A stretch of 20,000 nucleotides of DNA from an uncultured virus (IMG/VR IMGVR_UViG_3300028577_000011) (Duplodnaviria > Heunggongvirae > Uroviricota > Caudoviricetes): IMG/VR virus record IMGVR_UViG_3300028577_000011. The stretch is one strand, 5' to 3'. The stretch's first letter is position 1, and every line of letters begins with the position of its first letter. This document shows, piece after piece, positions 7,233 to 15,259 of the stretch. Both the position numbers and the translations under genes were made by a program. The notes beneath the pieces were generated by a model that worked only from the letters and a program-made list of their open reading frames with translations, searched no databases and had not been told where the DNA came from.

Positions 7233-10200
7233 ATGTCACGCGTTCCGAAGAAGTTTGTTGGTCTACACGCTCATACAGGGTTTAGTCCCTTCGATGGACT
7301 TGGGTATCCGGATGAACACTTCATCTGGTGCATGGAAAACGGTTTGGACGCGCATACTATCACGGACCATGGTAACTGCTCTGCTTATGCGCATGCCATG
7401 CTCTGGGCAGAAAAGTGGAACACTGAGCACAAAGACAAGCCCTTCAAGTATATTCCCGGCGTCGAGGCGTACTTTCATCCCGATTTGGCGCAATGGTCTC
7501 GAGATAAGGCCGCCGCTGATCAAGCCACCATCGACAAGGCCGCCGCCAAGAAGCTACGCACCAAGCTCGAGATCCTGCAGACCAAGCTCGTCGTCAATAC
7601 TGACGGCGATGACGAGTCGGAGTCAATTGAAGTCTCCAACGCCCTCACGCTTGAGGACGAGTCAGAATCGAAGAGCACCAAGCACTTCAATCCTGTCAAT
7701 CGTCGGCATCACCTCGTGCTACTACCCAAGAACCCTGCTGGTCTACTGAAGATCTTCGGTCTGGTGTCGCAGAGCTATTTGACCGGATTTTACCGTTTCC
7801 CGAGGCTTGATGCCAAGATGCTGCGGGAAGCCTGTAAGGAAGGCAACATCATTGCCTCGTCTGCCTGCATTGCGGGTCAGCCTGCATACAGCGTCTTTCA
7901 AGAGGTGCAGAAGCTGAAGTTCGACGACCTAAACCAGGCGTTGCTCGACGATCCTACCACACTGGAGAAGTGCATCACTGGTGTCGGTAACACTTACGAC
8001 CTGATGACGTCGGTGCTGGGCGAAGGCAATTACTACCTCGAATTGCAGTTCAATAAACTACCCGCACAGAACCTCGTCAATCGAGCCATCATCGAGTTCG
8101 CTCGCCGAGCAGGCGTCACCAAGCAACTTATCGTCACCGCCGACTCCCACTATCCACGGCCAGAGCTGTGGAAAGAGCGCGAGCTGTACAAGAAGCTCGG
8201 CTGGATGAATGCGAAGGGAATCGACGCCGATTCGCTGCCCAAGTCGAGGGACGAGCTGAAGTGTGAGCTGTACCCGAAGAACGCATCGCAGGTGTGGGAT
8301 GAGTACCTGCGCTCGAAGGTGGGGACGTCGTTCTATGATGACGATCTCGTCGCTGATGCAATTGAACGCACTCACGACATCGCCCACCAAGTCATCGGCC
8401 CGGTGCCGCCCGATCGGTCACCCAAGTTTCCGAATGAGCGGCTGATCCCGAAGGGCACCAAGTCGTTCGATCACCTCGTCAAACTGTGCAAGGAGGGCCT
8501 GACCAAGAGGGGATTGCAGGACAAGCCTGCCTACGTTGAGCGGTTGAAGGAGGAGCTGGGCGTCATCAAGGCGATGAAGAATGCCGACTATTTCGTGTCA
8601 TACCAGAAAATCATGGAGTTGGCGCGAAAAGTGGTACTATGTGGGCCTGGGAGAGGCAGTGGTGGTGGAAGTCTCGTCGCCTACGTGCTCTACATCACTG
8701 ACCTCGACCCGTTGAGGTGGGAGCTCCCATTTTCTCGCTTTCTCTCGATCTACAGGAAAGGTGCGCCGGACATCGACAGCGATCTCGCCGATCGCGACAA
8801 GGTGCTCGAGCAACTACGCAACTTCTTCGGCTTTGAGAACGTCGTCCCGATCAGCAACTACAACACCTTCAAGCTGAAGACGCTGGTCAAGGACATCGGC
8901 AAGTTCTACAGCGTGCCCTTCGAGGAGACCAATGCAGCAACAAGGACAGTGGAAGACGAAGTTCGCAAGGCAACGATGAAGGAAAGCGACGACAAGAACC
9001 TTTTCACACTGACTTTTGATGATGCGATGTTGTATAGCCCGTCGTTCAAGGCCTTCATCGACAAGTACCCGCAGGTCGCCGAGAGCATCAAGATCCTGTT
9101 CAAGCAAAATCGTAGTTTAGGACGTCATGCTGGAGGTGTTCTCATAACTGATGACCTGCCTAACAAGATGCCGCTGGTCGCTAGTCACGGTGAACCTCAA
9201 TCGCCCTGGGTAGAAGGCGTGGGATTTAAACATTTAGAATATATTGGTGCGTTTCTTAAGTACGATCTCTTGGGTCTTGAAACTTTGCGCTATATCGAGC
9301 GCGCAATTGAGTTGATCCTGATCAAGGAAGGCAATCCCAAGCCCACCTTTCCCGACATCAAGGCGTGGTACGACGCCCACATGGCACCCGATGTCATTGA
9401 CTTCAACGACCAGAAGGTCTACGAGGTCTATGCCGAAGGCAAGTGGTCGGGCATCTTTCAATGTACGGGTCAAGGCGCCCAACGCCTGTTCAAGAAGGCT
9501 AAGCCCAAGTCGATCATCGACATCGCCGCCTTGACGTCGATCTATCGTCCCGGCCCATTGGCCGCCCACGTCGACAAGCTGTGGTTGGAGCACGAGCACA
9601 CACCCTACGATTGGGGTCACCCGCTGATCAATGAGACACTGAAAGAAACGCGAGGATTGTTGGTTTTTCAGGAATCTGTGATGGCTCTCGTCAACAAGGT
9701 CGCCGGCTTTCCCATGGCCGAGACCGACGAAGTGCGCCGTGCCATCATGAAGCGCAGCATCTCGGGAGGTGAGGCCGCCAAGAAGAAGGTGAAGGAGCTC
9801 GAGGACAGCATTGTCTCCGGCGCGGTCAAGAACGGCGTGCCTGAAGCGACAGCTCGCAAGATGTACGAGACGATATGTTTCATGAGCGGCTATGGGTTCA
9901 ATCGCGCCCACGCGTGTGGGTATAGCATTGTCTCGTACTGGTGCGCGTGGATGCTGACCCACCACGAGGAACAGTGGCTGTGCGCCTACCTCGAGGCGAT
10001 GTCGACGACCCCCGACAAGCGCGCCAAGGCCTTCGGCGAGGTCAAGGCCCTGGGCTACCAGATCGTGCCCATCGACATCAACCACGCGCAGTTGGGGTGG
10101 ACGGTGCTGCCCGGCAAGAAGCTGATGCCGTCGATGACGTCGGTCAAGGGGGTGGGTGACTCCGCCGTCGAGGAGATCATGTCGCAGCGTCCCTATGAGT

Positions 10201-10934
10201 CGATCGAGCAGATGCTGTGGAACGACGACGGTTCGTGGCGCCCCAGCAAGTTCAACCGTCGCGCCCTCGAGGCGCTGATCAAGGTACAGGCGCTCGACAG
10301 CGTGGGCTGTATCGGCCCCGACAAGGTCTTCAAGTCGTACCACCACATGCACGAGACGCTGATGGGTGAGTACGTTGAGACGGTGACCCGCAAGCGCAAG
10401 GGTGTCGAGGAGACCGTCGAGATCACCCGCGAGCACGCCGCGCTGATCAAGCGGTCGAACAAGGGCGATCCCCACGAGGGCCGCAAGAACTTCTTCGAGC
10501 TGGCGCGGCGCCTGGCCGACACCCACGGTGACGAGTGGACGCGGAAGCAGCTCGCCGAGTTCAAGGCCGACTACTTCGGCACCGTCGACGTGATGACGAT
10601 GTTTGACCCCAAGTACTTTGAGGCCTTCACCCGTAACGGTGTCGGGCCCATCGAAGACCTCGAGGTGGGCTCGACGGCGCTGTGTTGGTTGGTCACCACG
10701 CTGTCGGCACCAAAAAAGGGTGGGTCACCTGTCGCCGGCGTGATGAAGAAGACGAAGAATGGCAAGGCCTACCTGCAGGCCTTCGTCACCGGGCAGGTCG
10801 GCAAGCCCCTGCGGCTCAACGTGTGGGGCAAGAAGGAGCTGCTCGAACCTTATGTCCTCTATGCGGGTGAGGTGGAACGCAATGAGTTCGGCTTTTCAAC
10901 TGCGGCCTTCAAGTTGAGGCTCATCGCCGGGTGA
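7233..10934 (+). CDS. dnaE: DNA polymerase III alpha subunit (DnaE, family C), phage-encoded
   Basis: PHP domain with metal ligands (LHAHT..DG, TDHG, GVE, HLVLL, SAC, ADSHY), then GPGRGSGGGS, PDIDSD, HAGGV, KYDLLGL, GIFQ, YRPGP, VFQE, YGFNRAHA, HhH SVKGVG and an OB-like KKTKNGK. Confidence 0.97.
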   Translation: MSRVPKKFVGLHAHTGFSPFDGLGYPDEHFIWCMENGLDAHTITDHGNCSAYAHAMLWAEKWNTEHKDKPFKYIPGVEAYFHPDLAQWSRDKAAADQATIDKAAAKKLRTKLEILQTKLVVNTDGDDESESIEVSNALTLEDESESKSTKHFNPVNRRHHLVLLPKNPAGLLKIFGLVSQSYLTGFYRFPRLDAKMLREACKEGNIIASSACIAGQPAYSVFQEVQKLKFDDLNQALLDDPTTLEKCITGVGNTYDLMTSVLGEGNYYLELQFNKLPAQNLVNRAIIEFARRAGVTKQLIVTADSHYPRPELWKERELYKKLGWMNAKGIDADSLPKSRDELKCELYPKNASQVWDEYLRSKVGTSFYDDDLVADAIERTHDIAHQVIGPVPPDRSPKFPNERLIPKGTKSFDHLVKLCKEGLTKRGLQDKPAYVERLKEELGVIKAMKNADYFVSYQKIMELARKVVLCGPGRGSGGGSLVAYVLYITDLDPLRWELPFSRFLSIYRKGAPDIDSDLADRDKVLEQLRNFFGFENVVPISNYNTFKLKTLVKDIGKFYSVPFEETNAATRTVEDEVRKATMKESDDKNLFTLTFDDAMLYSPSFKAFIDKYPQVAESIKILFKQNRSLGRHAGGVLITDDLPNKMPLVASHGEPQSPWVEGVGFKHLEYIGAFLKYDLLGLETLRYIERAIELILIKEGNPKPTFPDIKAWYDAHMAPDVIDFNDQKVYEVYAEGKWSGIFQCTGQGAQRLFKKAKPKSIIDIAALTSIYRPGPLAAHVDKLWLEHEHTPYDWGHPLINETLKETRGLLVFQESVMALVNKVAGFPMAETDEVRRAIMKRSISGGEAAKKKVKELEDSIVSGAVKNGVPEATARKMYETICFMSGYGFNRAHACGYSIVSYWCAWMLTHHEEQWLCAYLEAMSTTPDKRAKAFGEVKALGYQIVPIDINHAQLGWTVLPGKKLMPSMTSVKGVGDSAVEEIMSQRPYESIEQMLWNDDGSWRPSKFNRRALEALIKVQALDSVGCIGPDKVFKSYHHMHETLMGEYVETVTRKRKGVEETVEITREHAALIKRSNKGDPHEGRKNFFELARRLADTHGDEWTRKQLAEFKADYFGTVDVMTMFDPKYFEAFTRNGVGPIEDLEVGSTALCWLVTTLSAPKKGGSPVAGVMKKTKNGKAYLQAFVTGQVGKPLRLNVWGKKELLEPYVLYAGEVERNEFGFSTAAFKLRLIAG

Positions 10935-10961
10935 TGCGGGTGAATAATTAGGGTCAATTCC

Positions 10962-11459
10962 ATGGACTTTCTCGACATGTTCCACGTACCCGACACCGAA
11001 GAAGGCAAGCGCGACATCAAGTGGATCGAGAAGGCCCACATTGTCATGTGGCTCCTCAAGGACATGTCGTGGGTCAACCATTGGCGTTGGGTGGGCATGG
11101 CGGCGATCCTGCCGACGTTGGGGTTGGCCATCAAGATCGCCTACGACAGTCGCCATTCGATGGCCGACTTTGTCCACGATGTCGCGGTGTGTTGTTGGAT
11201 CAGCGCCAACATCACCTGGATGCTGGGTGAGTTCTTTGTCAACGACGAAACCCGGCCCATCGCCAAGGTGTTCTTTTACCTCGGCGCCGTAGTAATATTG
11301 AGCTACTACGCCTACGCAGGCTCCAAGAGGTTGCTCCATGCTCATCGCCTTCGACACCAAGTTCCACAAGCCCAAGAGTCCCTCGGGGGACGAAGTGACG
11401 CTGGCGCTCGGCCCGGGGACAGCGATGCTGACGCTGCGCTCGGACAAGTTCAACGTTGA
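10962..11459 (+). CDS. Integral membrane protein (about 4 TM segments)
   Basis: Hydrophobic segments (HIVMWLLKD..W, WISANITWMLGEF). The hydrophilic tail overlaps the next gene. Confidence 0.7.
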   Translation: MDFLDMFHVPDTEEGKRDIKWIEKAHIVMWLLKDMSWVNHWRWVGMAAILPTLGLAIKIAYDSRHSMADFVHDVAVCCWISANITWMLGEFFVNDETRPIAKVFFYLGAVVILSYYAYAGSKRLLHAHRLRHQVPQAQESLGGRSDAGARPGDSDADAALGQVQR

Positions 11460-12039
11460 GCATAGGCCCGGCGCGCCGACCGAAGTGGGACTGGCCCGCT
11501 ACATGACGAAGGACGAGCTGCGAGAGCTGGCCTTGGCAGCGTCGAAGGCGGCCGATGAACTCGAGGCGCGTCAATCGCCCATCACCGTCGTGGGATCACA
11601 GGTGCCTGCCAACGTGACGTTGGCACAGCACAACATTGACTACGTCAACAATCCCGGCATACAGGCCGGAGCGGCGAGCACCCTGCCACCCGGCGTGACG
11701 TTCGTGGTGCGGGACCCGGGCAAAGGTGGGCTGATGGGTGGCTTCACCGAGCGCGAGCTGACGATGTTGTCGTACTTGATGGCGTGGCTCGTCAAGTCGC
11801 CGGCGTCCGCCGGGCGGTTGGTTTCCGTCGCTACTGGAACACAAGATGACTCTACGTTGCTTCCGCTCCTCAAGGAGCTACAGGAGCTGATCACTACCAC
11901 GGCGATCGAGCGCAATTTTGCATCCGATCGTGTCACACTGCGCGCCGCGGCGCTGACGTGGTTGGGCAACCCACACGCTCGCAAGCATGTCATTGGGAGG
12001 TTGCTATTGACGGCACTCGACGCAGGGGAGGTGGGCTGA
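11338..12039 (+). CDS. Hypothetical protein
   Basis: 233 aa with an AAGAGG SD 7 nt before ATG 11338 and GC3-rich codons. Confidence 0.7.
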   Translation: MLIAFDTKFHKPKSPSGDEVTLALGPGTAMLTLRSDKFNVEHRPGAPTEVGLARYMTKDELRELALAASKAADELEARQSPITVVGSQVPANVTLAQHNIDYVNNPGIQAGAASTLPPGVTFVVRDPGKGGLMGGFTERELTMLSYLMAWLVKSPASAGRLVSVATGTQDDSTLLPLLKELQELITTTAIERNFASDRVTLRAAALTWLGNPHARKHVIGRLLLTALDAGEVG

Positions 12040-12116
12040 TGTGGCTCGCCGTCCTGATCGTGGTCGCGGTGTTTAGCATCGGCTTCATCCTTGGTCAAGC
12101 TCTGGAGAGGCGGTGA
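12039..12116 (+). CDS. 25-aa single-TM peptide MWLAVLIVVAVFSIGFILGQALERR
   Basis: TGATG coupling at 12037-12041, GGGGAGG SD upstream, and it fills the gap to the next gene. Confidence 0.6.
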   Translation: MWLAVLIVVAVFSIGFILGQALERR

Positions 12117-12119
12117 TTC

Positions 12120-13067
12120 ATGTCACTGTGCGGAGGTTGTGGATCTACGTTTGACCCATGGTCATTGAGTGGAAAAGGTAGATTTGTAAGTCGATGGTGT
12201 CGATGTTGTGTTGATGGCACTAAACGTCGTCAAGTGTTTGATTGTTTAGGTTGTCATCAACACATTGATCGTTGGGTTGAAGGTCTTTATACCTCACCAA
12301 CTTTTTGTAATAAGTCATGTAGAATGAAGTATGAATATGCTAACAATATTAGGCGTAATTTTCTTAATGATAAAACAACGTGGGAATGGTGGGTCAGTAA
12401 ATACGGCGAAGAAGAAGCACTTCGTAGAAAAGAGCATCATCGCGACGCAACATCACTAGCTACGTCGGGAGAAAATAATCCGATGTATGGGCGTCATGAT
12501 CATGTACACGGTTTGAAACGTTTTGCCAAAGAAAAGACTGGTAAAACACTTGAAGAAGTGCATGGCGTTGATCTAGCAAGGAAAATGCGCGAGAACAAGT
12601 CATTACATGCGCGTGGGTCAAATAATCCTGCGTATGGCAAGGTGTATACGAAAGGTGGAAAGAGCATTAAGGGTTACTACAAAGACAAGTTTTTTCGTAG
12701 TCTACTCGAGTATTCATTCATGAAACATCTTGAGAGTGAGGGGTTATCGCTTAACATTGATGTTGATTATGAGTGCTTCATTGTTCCATATGTGTTCAAT
12801 GGTGCTGATCGGACATATCGCGTTGATTTTTACGTGCCAAGTCGTCATGCAGTGTATGAAGTCAAACCTGCTTATGCTATGAAAGGTGTGACGCCCATCA
12901 ATGAAGCAAAATGGAGTGCAGCACGTGTATACTTCAACCAACGCGGCATACAATTTTATGTAATGTCTGAGTTAGATTTTCCAAAGATCATGTTTGATAT
13001 CGCGAGACAAGACAGCGATGTGACATGGAAAGAAGAGACGTTCAAGTATTTCAAGAGGTCAAAATGA
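12120..13067 (+). CDS. Putative homing endonuclease: Cys-rich N-terminus, NUMOD3-like motifs, TnsA-N-like PD-(D/E)XK nuclease
   Basis: CxxC pairs, GENNPMYGR and GSNNPAYGK, then RSLLE...YRVDFYV...YEVKP...AKW.AA. AT-rich relative to flanks. Confidence 0.8.
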   Translation: MSLCGGCGSTFDPWSLSGKGRFVSRWCRCCVDGTKRRQVFDCLGCHQHIDRWVEGLYTSPTFCNKSCRMKYEYANNIRRNFLNDKTTWEWWVSKYGEEEALRRKEHHRDATSLATSGENNPMYGRHDHVHGLKRFAKEKTGKTLEEVHGVDLARKMRENKSLHARGSNNPAYGKVYTKGGKSIKGYYKDKFFRSLLEYSFMKHLESEGLSLNIDVDYECFIVPYVFNGADRTYRVDFYVPSRHAVYEVKPAYAMKGVTPINEAKWSAARVYFNQRGIQFYVMSELDFPKIMFDIARQDSDVTWKEETFKYFKRSK

Positions 13068-13786
13068 TGCAACGAGTTATCATGTTTGTTGGGCCAGATC
13101 GTTGTGGCAAAACGCAAATTGCTCAAGCTCTTGCAAAAAAGATGGGTGCGATGTACTTCAAAGCATCGTGGGAACATGCCGCATATCAACAAAGCATAGG
13201 TCTTCGTCAAGGTCGAGATTTAGATCGGGGTGCAGTCGGTGCTAATCTTGATTTAGTGCGCCATCAAGTGCGCGAAATTGCTCGACAAGATGATATTGGA
13301 TTTTGGGTTGCTGAGACAAAAGATAGTGATGGTAAACTCACTCGACAGACTCTTGAACCCAAGGCATTTACGAAAAAAGATCGATTTTTGAATGAATTAC
13401 GGTTTGCCGATCCGCGTACATTTGATTTTGTGAAACAATTAGGAGAACAACTTGGAACAAGCGTTGTGTTTGATCGTGCATACCCTTGTGAAAGTGCGTA
13501 TTCAACCGTAATGTGCCGTGAAACCGATCAATCAGCGCTTGAACAAATTGATCGTTGGTGGTCATCTCTTAATACTTTGATTATTGTGTGTCGTCGATCT
13601 AACTACAGTGGCATTACAGACGATCTTGATTCTTCAATCAATGGTGACGTACTTCAAAAACTTGATGACGCATACATGGAATTTACCACGTGGACGCGGT
13701 GCTTCTTCAAAGAACTCAACGTCGACGATGAAGACCTCGACCGCGAAGTCAATGAGATCCTGCAGTTCATCGGATGGGAGAAGTGA
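13064..13786 (+). CDS. Deoxynucleoside monophosphate (thymidylate) kinase-like P-loop protein
   Basis: IMFVGPDRCGKT Walker A and VVFDR motif. ATGA overlap with the upstream stop. Confidence 0.75.
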   Translation: MMQRVIMFVGPDRCGKTQIAQALAKKMGAMYFKASWEHAAYQQSIGLRQGRDLDRGAVGANLDLVRHQVREIARQDDIGFWVAETKDSDGKLTRQTLEPKAFTKKDRFLNELRFADPRTFDFVKQLGEQLGTSVVFDRAYPCESAYSTVMCRETDQSALEQIDRWWSSLNTLIIVCRRSNYSGITDDLDSSINGDVLQKLDDAYMEFTTWTRCFFKELNVDDEDLDREVNEILQFIGWEK

Positions 13787-13794
13787 GGTGATCC

Positions 13795-13980
13795 ATGTGG
13801 CTCTATGACAGCGTGGCGAACGTGTGGCACATGTGGGCAATTGCCAGCCCAACGATCGGCACCAAGGCATGGTGCGGCTTCGCTCTAACGGCAGATTGCA
13901 CCCCCACGGGCGGCACCACCGGCATCCGCTGCGTATCGTGCAGTTACCTCTTCACCAAGTCGAGGCCCCAACGTGCCTAA
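13795..13980 (+). CDS. Small Cys-containing hypothetical protein
   Basis: 61 aa with GAGGTG SD upstream and an H...CG...CxxC pattern. Confidence 0.55.
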   Translation: MWLYDSVANVWHMWAIASPTIGTKAWCGFALTADCTPTGGTTGIRCVSCSYLFTKSRPQRA

Positions 13981-14467
13981 TACCTGTCACTTCTGCGCCA
14001 AGCCAACGAAGCCGGGTCACAACTACTGTGATTGGGACTGTCACGTCGCTGATGCCAAGCGCATTGGGGGCAAGGTCAAGTGTCCCAACGGTCTGCGCAT
14101 CGCCTGCATCAAGCACAACGGCGACATGCTGGAACACGAGCACGGTGACCACCCGGACTACAAGTTTCCCGTCACCGTCGAGTACCACGGCACCGACTTC
14201 GAGCGCGCCGAGGTGCAGCTGGCGATCTATGGCAAGCTACTCACGCCTGCTGAATTGCTGCGCTCCCGTGATCAGGTGCACGCGCTGATCTACACCGACG
14301 GAACCATCGCGGTGACAATGTACGAATGTTGTTACGCGACGTGGTTCATCAATCAATCAAGCGTTTCCCGTGTGGTGGGTAACCTGTGGGAGCGCGGTGA
14401 GTGGGCGTTATCTGCGGCTTCACGCACGAAGATCAGTGACTTGTACAATGGCTCGCGTGGGCACTAG
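13973..14467 (+). CDS. Hypothetical protein with N-terminal zinc-finger (CHFC...YCDWDC)
   Basis: 164 aa, GTG start with GAGG SD, GC3-rich. Confidence 0.7.
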   Translation: MPNTCHFCAKPTKPGHNYCDWDCHVADAKRIGGKVKCPNGLRIACIKHNGDMLEHEHGDHPDYKFPVTVEYHGTDFERAEVQLAIYGKLLTPAELLRSRDQVHALIYTDGTIAVTMYECCYATWFINQSSVSRVVGNLWERGEWALSAASRTKISDLYNGSRGH

Positions 14468-14470
14468 AAT
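14442..14470 (+). promoter_or_regulatory. Putative promoter TGTACA-N17-TAGAAT, 6 nt before ATG (leaderless)
   Basis: Matches the recurrent motif, with no SD before 14477. Confidence 0.55.
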
Positions 14471-14476
14471 CAGCAC

Positions 14477-15028
14477 ATGAAACTCTACTGGCTTGATCTA
14501 GAAACCACGGGTCTCGATCCCTCAAGCACCGAGATTCTTGAAGTGGCGGTCGCCGAGGCTGACTTGCTCAACCCCTTCGACGTCAAGCACATCTATCACG
14601 CGGTGTTGCCGCTCCTCACGCACGTCGAGCAGCTTAACCCGTTCATTGTCAACATGCACACCCAGAACGGGTTGTTGGCCGAGTGTCAGGGTCCGAATAC
14701 CAAGTCGCTAGCGCAGGTTGACAAGGAACTGGCTGCGTTGATTGCGTGGGTCGACGACAAGGACGAGCGTGCCACACTGGCCGGGTCGAGCATTCACTTC
14801 GACCACTCGTACATCAAGGTGTACATGCCGCTGACCAACAAGAATCTGTCATACCGTCACTATGACGTGTCAGCACTGAAGTTGTTCTGCCAATCGATGG
14901 GCATGCCCAAGTTCAAGAAGGCCGAAGCGCACCGTGCCAAGGACGACATCATCGAGAGCGTTGACCACGCCAAGGCCTGCAAGGAGTGGCTGACGGCGAA
15001 CTTGAGCTATGCGCCGGTGATGAAGTGA
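14477..15028 (+). CDS. orn: Oligoribonuclease (DEDDh 3'-5' exonuclease, Orn family)
   Basis: WLDLETTGLD, ILEVA, MHTQNGL, LAGSSIHFD, LSYRHYDVS and HRAKDDIIES correspond to the Orn motifs. Confidence 0.88.
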   Translation: MKLYWLDLETTGLDPSSTEILEVAVAEADLLNPFDVKHIYHAVLPLLTHVEQLNPFIVNMHTQNGLLAECQGPNTKSLAQVDKELAALIAWVDDKDERATLAGSSIHFDHSYIKVYMPLTNKNLSYRHYDVSALKLFCQSMGMPKFKKAEAHRAKDDIIESVDHAKACKEWLTANLSYAPVMK

Positions 15029-15252
15029 AGCTCGGCCTCATCTTCGTTGGGTTGTTGGCGCTGTGCGGGTGTTCGCAGACCGCACAGGTCCTGTCGAAGG
15101 ATGGAACTAAGGTCGCGGCGGTGTGTGAGGGTGGTAACTGGGTGCTGTGCATGACCACAACGTGCCCCAACGGTTACGACGTTGTCAGCATTGACATGCG
15201 AAACAGTGAACGCGCGCCACAGGACGCCAACGCGATCGTCAGGTGCAAGTGA
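15025..15252 (+). CDS. Small lipoprotein
   Basis: GTGA overlap start. MKLGLIFVGLLALCG-C is a signal peptide with a lipobox, followed by a Cys-rich CxxxCPNGY mature part. Confidence 0.7.
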   Translation: MKLGLIFVGLLALCGCSQTAQVLSKDGTKVAAVCEGGNWVLCMTTTCPNGYDVVSIDMRNSERAPQDANAIVRCK

Positions 15253-15259
15253 GTGTTGA

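Noticed and set aside
9234..10526. 430-aa minus-strand ORF
   Set aside because: Antisense shadow of GC3-rich dnaE with no recognisable motifs
7233..10934. Intein or intron in dnaE
   Set aside because: The ORF is continuous at normal DnaE length, with no intein splice-junction blocks or LAGLIDADG motifs seen
11329..11338. GGTTGCTCCA matches the first 10 nt of the array repeat
   Set aside because: Short match overlapping an SD/start region with no further similarity, so plausibly chance
12120..13067. Tn7-like transposon suggested by the TnsA-like domain
   Set aside because: No TnsB, TnsC or TniQ genes or terminal repeats. The NUMOD3-like motifs favour a free-standing endonuclease
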